Below are positions 51,576 to 62,930 of a stretch of 64,000 nucleotides of DNA, piece by piece. A program made the position numbers and the translations under genes. Source of the stretch: Selaginella moellendorffii (lineage: Eukaryota > Plantae > Lycopodiophyta); assembly GCF_000143415.4 (NCBI RefSeq), contig NW_003314298.1, positions 434,001-498,000 of the forward strand, written 5' to 3'. The notes under the pieces are model-generated. The model saw nothing but the letters and a program-made list of their open reading frames with translations. It ran no database searches and was not told where the DNA came from. Position 1 is the stretch's first letter; every line of letters begins with the position of its first letter.

Positions 51576-52330
51576 CTCCCCCCTCGAATCGCTAGCGCCG
51601 CCCCCGCACCGTACGCTGCCGCATTGCGCCGCGCCGCCGCATCTATGCCTCCCAAGATCGAGCTCCCGCCGCGAGGGATCGCGAATGACGAAACCCTTGA
51701 CCTATAATCTTGGATGAGAAGAAGAAAGGCGCCACTGGAGAAGCACGCACAACACTCCCTCCACTCTCTAGCTAAAACTCACATAAACATCGTGAGGTAC
51801 TTTAGGGTTTTGTGTTAATAAACAGTAAAGCGATTAAAGAACACGTGTAAAACAGGGTAGGTTAACAGCTGTAAGAAAACCTGTTTAACCCGGGGTAGAA
51901 TATGCTCCCTGGGATGATCGTGGCCGTCCACGTTGGACCGCCCATAAGTTATTTTACCTGGGACCTACTTTGACCACCCAAATCTAATTGCTGTGACCCA
52001 CTCGATCCAATCGAGATGCCCTCTTTTCCTTTTAGCTTTGTGGAGAATCATCGTGATCTGGAACAATTGTGCTAGTTCGTGCGTATAAGCGTGATAAATT
52101 TTGGGGTTTCTTACGTTACCTCAAAAGTTTTGGGGGTCGTGTATCCCTATTGACAATCCAATCGTATCCGCGGAAGCGGATGAATGGATCCATTGATGCA
52201 GACTTATAGTTAGCCACCTTTCACACTGGCGGTGATCGCGCGTCTGGAGAATCGCCCAAGCGTAAACATCCATCCTCGTCAGCACAGCACAACATATGTC
52301 ACATTTCAGTTTGACCACGTGTTCACTACA

Positions 52331-52460
52331 TCGAGAAAAAAATTTCAATCTTTACAAACCTTGGAGTGTCCTGTCGAGAAAAAATTTACAATCTTTACAA
52401 CCTTGGAGTGTCCTGTCGAGAAAAAATTTTCAGTCTTGACAAGCTTGGAGTGTCCTGTCA
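52331..52460. repeat. Three tandem units of about 43 bp (TCGAGAAAAAATTT...CCTTGGAGTGTCCTG)
   Basis: Direct inspection. Confidence 0.85.
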
Positions 52461-52699
52461 ATCCCATAGACGGACTTTGCCTCTCTTTACTTTTTCTCGT
52501 TACTTGCATGCTTTTGTAGTGCCTTTTAGACCATATTAGCGAAGTCAAGAATCGGTAGTTGCGTGATCCTTTTCCAAGACCATAGACTTGTATTTTAATA
52601 AGGTTCTATCAAATTAAAATGCAGCACGACTCATAAAAATTAAAATGCTACAGTAGACATTAACCTATTAAACGTGAACCATAACAAGAGGTTGAGTGT

Positions 52700-53932
52700 T
52701 TCAATATCAAAACAAAGTCTGGATGAAACATTGTTAGACAAAAAACTCATCTCCTTTGCATCACTGTAATTATCTTGTAGTTAAAGTGTTTCTTACTAAT
52801 GAAAGTTAATTACCGTGGGAGTATAATCGCTAGAATCAAAGAGATGAGGCTCCTGTTGAAGATTTTGAACTTCAGGAAAACCAACTTGAGGCTCGTGACT
52901 CATAGGATTCAAGTGATCTCCCATAAATAAAGCTTGATGTTGTTCGTCCCTGATTTAACAAAAATTAGGCCACCAAATGAGAATAAACAAATTTATTACC
53001 TAAAAAGACTTAAATTCATGTCAGGGTGCAATTTATTGTAGTCAAGGATCTGAAGTAAAAAAGAGAAAAAAGAGATAAACATAATTGCAAATTATTTTAA
53101 ATTATAATACCTTGAGCAAGCTAGCCTTCTCCATAACAGTTTGTATGTGGAGCTCCATTTGATGTAGCTCTTCATAATTTAAAGAATCCAAGCTAGCACA
53201 ATCACCTTGAAACAACCTTAAAACAAACATGATATAATCTTATTAATAAGAATTTCAAAGTTCAAACAAACCTTAAATGATTTTGAAGTATTTGGTTTTC
53301 TTGTTGCAATCTTGCTAGCTCCTTCTGTAAAACCTAAAATATATATGAATAGATACATGAGACTAAATTTCTTACCTCAATGTCTTCAAATCCCATCCCT
53401 CTACTTAATCAACAACAGATTAAAACATTTTGAACGTGAATTGAGAAATTAAAATCATACCTCGCAATTTCATTGTCTCCCTTCAGCTTCCGTATCCCTC
53501 TGTTCAATTGCTGTTTTAAAAAATGTTTAGACATCTAAAATACGAGCAAAATAAAAATTCCACCTCCAGATTTTCCTTCTTCCTGAAAAATAAAAATGCA
53601 TGTTATCATAGATGTATTAAAAAGCAAAGCAGCCGTACCTTTTGATCCTTTCAGCAAGAGGTACATTCGCATAACGCATGATAATCTCCTGAATCCTGCA
53701 AATTTCGATCAAAACAAAGCACAAGAAAAGAAAGAAAGATACCATACTTCAAATCACTTGGATAGTGGATGAGATGATCCACAGGAGAGAACATTATCAA
53801 AGCAATGTCTATATCACACAAAGTGGCCAATTCCTGTGCTTTTTTCACCAATCCAATCTTTCTCTTTGCAAAAGTAGCATGCCTGCTGACACTATTCTCT
53901 ATTCTCTTTATCTCTAATTTCACTCTCCCCAT
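52700..53932 (-). CDS. MIKC*-type MADS-box transcription factor with many short exons; 3' end approximate
   Basis: [50 protein letters not shown]; the [12 protein letters not shown] motif and multi-exon I region are typical of MIKC*. Confidence 0.85.
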
Positions 53933-54053
53933 TATCCCCAAAACCCCAAAAGAAAGCTTTCGAATCAAAGAGCATTAAAAGGCGCATTAACTTAACAAAA
54001 TGCTTAAATTTAGATAATGGTGTTTACTACCTAAATTAAGCAATCTAGAACAA

Positions 54054-55470
54054 ATGGCGCCTATGTTCTTGGTGTTACTCCTGGGAATCTCTGCGACATT
54101 GGTAAGCATTCTTCCTCCTGATTGTCACTCTCTCACTCGCGATCGATCTCCTACCAGGCGCTAGAACAGCGCCAAAATCTCACATTTCCTCTTGCGATCT
54201 CGACCTGGTCGTTCGTCGAGGCTGTGCGATCCGCCCGGCGAGCGCTGGAGTCCGGCCGCTCGGCTGTGGATGCCGTGGTGGAAGGCTGCTCCACCTGCGA
54301 GAGATTGCAGTGTGATGGATCTGGTAGGTCGAATTTTTCTTGTTCTTGGCGTGGATTTTCAATGCTGTGGAAATATTTTAGTTGGCTATGGCGGTAGCCC
54401 GGATGAGAGCGGTGAGACGACGCTGGACGCGATGGTCATGGACGGGGTATGGTACGTCCCATCTCGATCCATTCCTGGGATTCTTTGGTTTTCACGAGAG
54501 ATCTTGCAGACTACCATGAATGCTGGCGCTGTGGGATCGCTTCGTTTCGTCAAGGACGCCGCCATGGCTGCCAAGCTCGTCCTCCTCCACACCGAGCACA
54601 CGCTCCTCGTTGGCGACCAGGCATCGAAGTTTGCGATCTCGATGGGACTCCAGGGACCAGTGAATCTCAGCACCGATGAATCGCTTGGCAAGACGCGATC
54701 GTGGGTGGGGAATTCATGCCAGCCCAACTTCTGGAAGGATGTGGTTCCGGATAGCAAGCTTTCGTGCGGACCTTATCACACTTCTCCGCCATCGCCACCT
54801 TTGGAGGCCAAGCTTGGGTGTGGTGGCGATTCCACGAGTTTGTCACGAGGAATAAGCTCTCACAACCATGACACGATCTCCATGGCAGCGATCGACAAGG
54901 CAAGTCACAAAAGTTCTTTCCTTTCTTTCTCTTGAGATTGATCGTTTTTATCAGGAAGGAAACATAGCAGTCGGGACTTCCACGAATGGAGCTACTCATA
55001 AAATCCCTGGAAGGTTGTGTTCTTCCGCTTTTCTCTCCTCCTCCAAACCTTTGAAAGTCTCGCTCTTGTCCATCCAGAGTTGGAGATGGACCGATCGCTG
55101 GAGCTGGAGCTTACGCTGATTCGGAAGTTGGAGCTTGCGGAGCCACTGGAGATGGAGACGTGATGATGCGCTTCCTCCCATGGTAACTCAACTCTCCTTC
55201 GATGGTTTGTCTAGATCGCTAGTGATTCTTCTCCGTTGAATCAGTTACCAGGTTGTAGAGAGCATGCGCCGGGGCATGACTCCTCAGCAAGCGGCAGACG
55301 ACGCCATCGCTAGAATCCGGCGAAAGTACCCCGACTTTGTTGGAGCGCTCTTCGCGATTAACAGGCAGCTCGAGCACGCTGGTGCCTGCCATGGATGGAC
55401 GTTCCGCTACTCCGTGTGGAGCAAAGGAATGGACGTTGTGGAGGTGATAACAGTGCTACCGAGCGATTGA
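54054..55470 (+). CDS. N(4)-(beta-N-acetylglucosaminyl)-L-asparaginase (aspartylglucosaminidase)
   Basis: Signal-peptide exon; [23 protein letters not shown], autocleavage site [35 protein letters not shown]. Confidence 0.92.
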
Positions 55471-55613
55471 TCAAGTTCATTCCTGTGTTTGGGTGCTGTA
55501 AATCACAAACTTTAATCCATTGAAACCACAAGCTTGCAAAAACCGAGTCACCAGATAACACTGAGGCTTTCTTGCAGCCCATCTTCTATACGTAGGCCGT
55601 AGGCACGCAAGCG

Positions 55614-56061
55614 TTACTCTGGAGGTGGTGAACTACTGAGAGATTATGAATGCTCCCAAAGGAGAGAGAGCAAAACCAGTGTGTGCTGTTAGGCAAAAAA
55701 ATCTCTTACACATTGATAGTACCTCGTTATTTGCGACGAGCAAAGAATGAGAATGTCCAATGCCTGTGAGAAGAAGAAAACCAAAACAGAGAGCTTGCTT
55801 AAAACCTGAGCTCAGATCACACACTGCAGACCTTGGTGACAAGCGCATCACCAGCCAAAATCGATGCCTCCAAAGCTTTTCTAGCGCCTGTGTTCCTCAC
55901 TCTCTCGGAATGAACCCTGCGAAAATAAAAATCAACACTAAAAGGAAAGCTCGAGAAAAAACACGAGAAAAAACTTACTCTACCACTCCAATGCGTTTGA
56001 GCACACAGATCGCCGTCAGCGACACAAAGGTGTACATTAAAAGGCTGTTCATCACCGCCAT
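55614..56061 (-). CDS. Small 75-aa, four-exon protein with N-terminal hydrophobic helix (not in the ORF track)
   Basis: Exons 56061-55979, 55916-55832, 55763-55723 and 55632-55614, joined by three GT-AG introns, give one open frame. Confidence 0.55.
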
Positions 56062-56391
56062 GGTCTAGAGGCCACGACCGCGACCGCGACCGCGACAGCA
56101 AGCGCAACCGCGGCAGGCTTTCCATTCACCGCGGCATCCTCTCTGCGACCTTTCAGCCATCGTCTCCCACAAAAGGGCCTAACCGCCACGTGTCTGCCAC
56201 GTTATAGGCATTAGAACACCAAAAAGATAGAACTTTCCCAAGAACTCCATTCCCTGAAAACTTGCGTTTAATCTGCGTCAAGAATGGCGAAAATTTCATG
56301 CCTGCCATACCCGCAAAACGAAAGAACGAAAAAAGAAAAGAAAAGAAGGATACCGGTTTGAAAAAAAACACCTTGTTATCATTTTGCTTGC

Positions 56392-57572
56392 TCAATAGAT
56401 GGAAAGATCTGGGGGTGCTCCGTAAACTGTTGACCACGACAAAGGTATCCTCCAGTTCTTGCATTCCTTGCCTGCGTAAATGTGTAAGTAGTTAGCATGG
56501 TTGATCCAAGAACGATAGGACATACCATTGCAAGAATGGAAGAATCTATCGCAAGCGCTCGCGAGGAAGGTAGCGTCTGGGATGTTATCTCCTTCGGCAC
56601 AGTAGCACAGCACTGACAGAACTTTCAAGCCTCTTTTCTGTAGCGGAAAACCAAGGCAAGGAAGATTTTAGACAGGTTTTCACCACTTTGAATGATAGAA
56701 GTACCTTGAAGGACGTGAACAGAGCAGTAACCGGCAGCCGCGAGAGGTAGTCTTGGTCATGCTCTCCGAATCTACCATCCATCGCATCTCTCAGCACAGA
56801 AAACTCGAAGGGCTCGGTGTGCTGACCGGATTGTTTCACGTCCAGCCAGCCTAGTCTCTCGCACAGCTCGTCTTTGCCATCTTCGCTGGCGCTGGTTTGA
56901 TAGTAAACTTGAGGCCTGGAAAAGGAAGGAGAAACGCATTAGCAAGTAAAGCAAGAGGATCGGATCGTACCCAGCGTTGTGGAGAAGGTGTCTCTTTCCC
57001 GAGTCCAAGCCGGATAGCACGACGACGTTTTCAAATCCCTCACTCTTCGCCCAGTCGGCCAGATTCTCGGCAAACTTAAGCGTGGAGCCCTGAAGCATCT
57101 CATATAATCTCAAGTGATTCGTGAAAAAGTTCTAAGTCCTACCTTGACAAGAGGCGATCGCTGTTGCAAGACTGTGATATCACTGGCAGAATCCACGTAC
57201 ACTGCAAAAGCACAAGATAGCATGAGACGAGAAGAAGAAAAGAAGAGCAAGGAGGAAAAGAGGAGAACGAGAGATTCCTCTACTTCTCTCTTGAAACTTA
57301 CATTCCATTGCGACTGCTAATTCGCCCCGAGGCTCGGGACCAAATGGATCATTTTCCACGCACGGCAACACATGAGGATCATCCAAGAATCCGACCCTGG
57401 GCATTCCATACGTCGAAATCAAGAGATCCACGGCGAGCTGGCCCGCATTTCCAATCGAGAGCGCCGGCTGATCGCAAGAAATCAGACAATAAGCGAGGCA
57501 AAGGCCTGGATTGAAACTCACCAGTACGAGCGCCTTGCGTCGCAGCCGAGCCCTGTCGCCACAAAACTCCAT
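56392..57572 (-). CDS. PAC2: Proteasome assembly chaperone 2, multi-exon
   Basis: PALSIGNAGQLAVDLLI, VLQQRSPLVKG, VVLSGLDSG, CYCAEGDNIPDA and WRIPLSWSTVYGAPPDLSIY. Confidence 0.88.
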
Positions 57573-57682
57573 ATGGACGAAGAACCCTAAAGTTGCAGGT
57601 TAACAAAAAATGGTTCAGGAGTTTTTAATCTCATCTTAGGTCAGATGGAGCGCGAGTGGCGACTCACGACTTAGTTACTCAT

Positions 57683-57756
57683 CATCACCACTGAGCATCG
57701 AACCATGGACCTCTCAGTCCACAAGCCAACACCTTAACACTGAGCCACATGACTCA
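57683..57756 (-). mobile_element. tRNA-derived SINE head or pseudo-tRNA
   Basis: A-box-like TGGCTCAGTGTT and B-box GGTTCGATGC at tRNA spacing; stems imperfect. Confidence 0.5.
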
Positions 57757-59657
57757 GCCTTGTGAAGATGCAACACATCAATACTTTTAAAGAGAACACT
57801 CGGGTTTAAAATTAGGGCTTTTCAAAACCAAAATTTCTCGTGCGTTTTTATGTTTAAAAGGTTAAAGAAGAAAGAGGGGGGGATTTTAGGAAATCGTCAT
57901 CCTCCTTGGTGGTGTGTTTGGTGAGCTCCTGCTCCTGCTACTGCCGCTTGCACGACTGTATGAAGCTATGTGTGTGATCAATCACCACGTTGATGTGTTG
58001 AATCTACCCGCAAAACGAAAGAACGGAAAAAAAAATAAAAAAGGATATAAATTCCATCCAGTTTGAGAAAAAACACCTTGTTATCATTTTGCTTACTCAA
58101 TAAATGGAAAAATCTGGCTATAGTGCAATTTATCTCTCTCCTCTTAATAGTTATTTTATCTTAATTAATCCCACAAGGTTCTAAGGATATATTTAAAACT
58201 GTGAGATGTCAATGTCTTCATCGAACAATTGAGGACAATTAAAAGTATATTATACTTTTTGGTAGCTAATAATTAATGGGAATCTAACTTATGCCATTTT
58301 CTCTAATATTAGAGTAATTTCTCTTTCTTTAAGCCACTTGGAAAAAGGGGCAATTGCTTTATAAAAGAGCTTTTAGTGGCTATTTTATCCCAACTTATCC
58401 CATAAAATTCTAAGGATTCACGATAATAGTATATCTAAATTTCATTTTCTAATCACATTCACTACATTATAAAATTGAAAAGTTTAAACTTTATAGTAAA
58501 AACAATGTGGCTATTGCTGCTATGCCAAATTTCCTATGAAGTTGAAGATGTTGCAAGCATAGAAGTCTAGAATGGGGAAAAATGTGTTTTTTATTATAAA
58601 AGTTTTGAATAATAGTGGATTTCATTGTGGAAAGTCTTGTCAATATGAATTTCATGATAAAAGCCATAATATTTAACTTATATTACTACAATATATGTCA
58701 ACACATTTATGATTAGAAGTTTAGAACTAACCAAACCTGCCACTACCCCTGAGGCTTCAAGTTGCAACCCAAGTCGGAGCTAAATGGGAGTGAATTTGGA
58801 GTGAATAAATGTTCATTCCACTCTAATTCACACTGCAAGAACAATCTCTATTACACTTTACTTTAATATTTACTTTAACAACCACTGTAAACACCATTGC
58901 AACACACATGCATTCTGCACTTCAGCTTCATAAGCATGGGATGGCATCAATTATGCACTCTACTGCAAAATACTCCATGCCATGTTATTACTAGTATTTC
59001 TATGCCACATCACTAGTGCCACATCAGCCATTAACATGACTTTTGTTTTTGATAGATTGAGATGGTGTTAGTGCCATGTTGTTTTTGATGGAGATTGCCA
59101 AGTTATGTGGGTGAGCAAGAAAAGAGGCAAGGCAAGGAAAAAGAGGCCTTTCTTCTCGCATTTTCCAGTTAAGACGAAGATAGTTCCAATCCACCTGACA
59201 AAATTCCCAGAAAAAACCAAAGAATTTCATGAGTCAAAACTCATGACACTACCAAACCAATTCTCTGTTGTTATAAGCCACCATCATCTTAGTTGATCCA
59301 AACTTCTTTGGAAATATATCTTGTTTGAAGCTAGCTCTCCTCAATGCAAAGATTCCAGCAAGCAAGTACCATCATTTTCCTTTGATCGATCACCACCACT
59401 GTGTTCCTTGATTGACCACCACCACCACCATCTTCCTTCATAGACCATCACCATCATCTTTTTATTTCCTCGATCACCACCATCACCTTCCCTGATCGTC
59501 ATCTTTTTCTTGATCGACCACCACCATCGTTCTCCTGTTTGCAGCCAGCTCTCCTTGATGCAAAGTTTCCGGCAACAGAGTCATCGTCTTTCTTTGATCC
59601 AGTCGTACACCTCCATCGCTGCTCGTACTTGACACTCGGATCCATCTCCTCAAACTC

Positions 59658-59820
59658 ATGGGAGACTATGCAACGCCCGACTTCACCCCTGCTACCAACG
59701 ACGAGCACATCTTTACCAGCAATCTTCCTCCTGCAACAGTCCTGGAGCTTACGATCCCTCAGTACGTTTTTCAAGGACTAGAGAGTTACCTGGACAGAGT
59801 AGCGATCGTGGACACAGACA
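59658..59820 (+). pseudogene. 5' fragment of a 4-coumarate:CoA ligase-like acyl-activating enzyme
   Basis: EHIFTSNLPPATVLELTIPQYVFQGLESYLDRVAIVD resembles the 4CL-like N-terminus; runs into GCCATGGC repeats. Confidence 0.55.
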
Positions 59821-60540
59821 GGATCCCACCCAAACAAAGCTGCCATGGCCGTGGCAATCCAGCCTTGGCAAGCAATTGCCACGGATTGCCCAGGCCATAG
59901 CAGCCATGGCAAAGGCCATGGATTGCCACAGCCATGCCACAGCTAAGGCCGTGGATTGCCACGGGCACAGCATTTTCAGCACTGCTGCCTGGAACGATCC
60001 ATCCAGAATCTAAATTGTGCAAAGAGAGATCGCGAGGGAGATGTGTGATGCCAGAAATGGAGCTGGAATCCATGCAATAGAGAGCGATCATGGTAGTGTT
60101 CCTGAGGCACCACACATGACGGGGTTTGGCAAAAAGGGGTACTTGTGACGCACGCGAGAGATGCAGCTTGGTGAGGGTGAGCAGCATCACCAAGGCCCGG
60201 CTGCTCAAGCTCAATCTGTTTGGAGTACTGCACGAGCTCTAGAAGGCAAGCGGTTTGCCTTTCGGCGCATGGAGGAAAGACGCCTAGGGAACGTTGTTTG
60301 CTACAAACAGCATGGATAAAGGGACTAGAGAGAAGATAACTTTCATTGCATTCCATGTAGGTAGGTTCCCATGCTTCTTAGTTGGGCTATATATATATAT
60401 ATATATATATATGGTGGTAATGTTTCTGGTTGATAAACTGGATCTTGATCTCCTTGTTGATGTTTCCCAAGGCCCATGCGGTCAAATCACATGCGACAAA
60501 CTCCAGAATTTAATGGGTAAAAGGGTAATTATTATTGTCA

Positions 60541-62479
60541 TTAATAATGCTGAAGCCATTCACCAATGTACAACTGGATAATGCACGTTAAGGACAGCAA
60601 ATGCAAAATTGGCTTACTTGACGAGGTCTCACAATCTTGTTGTCACGCAAGTCAAGGCATTCTTTCCAGTGTGCTAGGTAGCCAACAACACGAGCCAATG
60701 CAAACAGGAGTGGAAAGTTTCCTTGAAATCCAAGAGCTCTGGAATATGAAATTAATGCAGTTGAAAACATTTTCAAAACTTACTTGAAAACAATCCAAGA
60801 GTAAAAGTCGATATTGGGATAAAGTTTCCGCTTGATGAAGTACTCATCTGAGAGAGCGGCTTCTGCTAATGCGTCTGACACCTTTAAAGTTGAAATATAA
60901 GTGTCAGGCTTTTTCTGGTACTTTTTCTTTTCTAATATACTTACCTTGATGAGCGGGTCATGCCCTACAATCTCAAATGCATCCTCTGCCAGCTGCCGAA
61001 TTACCTGAATAAAAGAAAGATAAGAAACTTTCAAATGTAAAAGTGAGCAAAAATTCAACCTTGACACGTATTTCATATGCCTTATGGATTCGATGGCCAA
61101 ATCCAAACAACTTCTTCTTCTTGTTTTTTACAGCCTCTAGATAGGCTGGGATATTGTCGACGGTTCCAATCTCCTGAATCATGTTTGCACATGCCTACAA
61201 CATAGTAAAAGTACCACATTCTTGCAATCAGGAAATTCCTTGCAAATTTTACCTCATTTGCAGCTCCGTGAAACGGGCCTCCTAGTGTTGCAACTCCTGC
61301 TGCTAAACAAGTGTATAGATCCACGCCACTGTTATTGAAAGAGGTAAAGTAACAGTTAAAGCTGTAGTCTTAAAACACTTGCCATGACACAAGGTGTCGT
61401 ATAGCAGCAGATGAACAGCTAAGCTCATGTTCCATATGCACAATGAGCAGCCTCTCAAGAATGCGAGCCAATAGCGGAGAAGACCTGGGAAAAAGAGAGA
61501 CCAATTTTCTTACAGCTTGAGTATATAAAAACTAGTGGAAGGTGACCTTGTTGGGCTGGTATTATGGAACATATGCATGTAGCGAAAGTTGGCAACGTAT
61601 GGAAGCTCAGAAGATGGATTTGGCAGAACCATACCCTCTGCATGCTGGAATATATGTGCGATATAAATAGGTATCTGATAAACAGAAAGATATAATTCGG
61701 TAGCATTGAATAGCTAGAATTTCACCTGACCAAGTACGCGTGCAATGAGCTGGTCTTGGACATGTTTGTCCTGGTATGCACCCTAATTTCTAAACCATGT
61801 TAGAAAGCTGATGAGAAAGATGAAATTACAATATTACCACATCAGGCTGTGGGTAAAACGAAGACATGGAGCTAATAGCAGTTGCCAGCAACCCCATTGC
61901 GTGTGCATTCTTTGGCTGACTCTTTATCAGGCCCTGATAAAACGAAATATAAAAAAACGTATGATGGATCTCTTAAAATGTATGCTCACCAGAACTCCTT
62001 TGTGACAGCAAGTTTCCTTCCTGACGCTATCCTCAAATCTCGAAAGCTTGGCCTTGGATGCCAAATCTCCATAGACTGAAGCACGGAGTGACTTCTATAC
62101 GTTATTTAGGCTGAAAAACTACTTACTTAGAAGGTAAGCAACTTGTAAGAATGTGCAATGTTGTGCAAGTTCCTCTACTGGGTAGCCCCTAAATTTGAGC
62201 GTCCCGTCATTCCCATTGGCGAGCGAGATTGCAAACTTGGTGACTGCAGTGTTGAAATATCCGGGGTCAAATAGCAGCAGATCACCATCTTGTGCTGTGG
62301 CCTGCATTCAAAACAAAATGACATGTCTAAAGACAAACATGCATTGCTACCTTGTTGACCATTTCTTTGGCCAAAACAATTCCACCCTGTTTGATCTCAA
62401 GCTCAAATTCAAGCCCTGTCCTGGTATCTGCAATTGTGAGTGAACCAGGGCCGCCACCCAGAGCTTGATGCTCATCCAT
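60541..62479 (-). CDS. Divergent peroxisomal-type citrate synthase, multi-exon; intactness uncertain
   Basis: [63 protein letters not shown] and IVRPRQLYIG. Confidence 0.8.
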
Positions 62480-62610
62480 GATGGTTTTGATATTCAGCTC
62501 TCTGAAGTTCTCTGCTCTATATATGCATACTCTAAACCAGGCGTGACATCGGGACATTGGGACATCAGGACATCGAGACATTGGTGCATCCTAACATGGA
62601 TCACATGCTC

Positions 62611-62930
62611 ATTGGCGTTTTCTATAAAAGCTGGCATCTGATAAAGCCAGCAAAAAGAACAATTCCGCCCTGCTTAATGTCAAGCTCAAACTCCCTGGTA
62701 TCCTCAACTGTGAGTATAGCAAGACATTGGCGTTTTTTTATAAAAGCTGGCATCTGATAAAGCCTGCAAAAAGAACAATTCCGCCCTGCTTAATGTCAAG
62801 CTCAAACTCCCTGGTATCCTCAACTGTGAGTATATCAAGACATTGGCATTCTTTTATAAAAGCTGGCATCTGATAAAGCCTGCAAAAAGAACAATTCTGC
62901 CTTGCTTAATGTCAAGCTCAAACTCCATAT
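62611..62930 (-). repeat. About three tandem units of about 116 bp, each carrying part of citrate synthase exon 1
   Basis: Units encode [20 protein letters not shown] vs gene [23 protein letters not shown]; the third unit is partial. Confidence 0.8.

Noticed and set aside
52331-52460. CRISPR-like appearance of short repeats (also at 27785-27985 and 62611-62930)
   Set aside because: Head-to-tail tandem units without unique spacers, no cas genes, eukaryotic context.
57683-57756. Functional tRNA-His gene
   Set aside because: Acceptor and T stems do not pair.
32480-62479. Biosynthetic or cell-death gene cluster (LOX, metacaspase, OGDH, 4CL-like, citrate synthase)
   Set aside because: Functionally unrelated housekeeping genes; proximity is explained by genome compactness.
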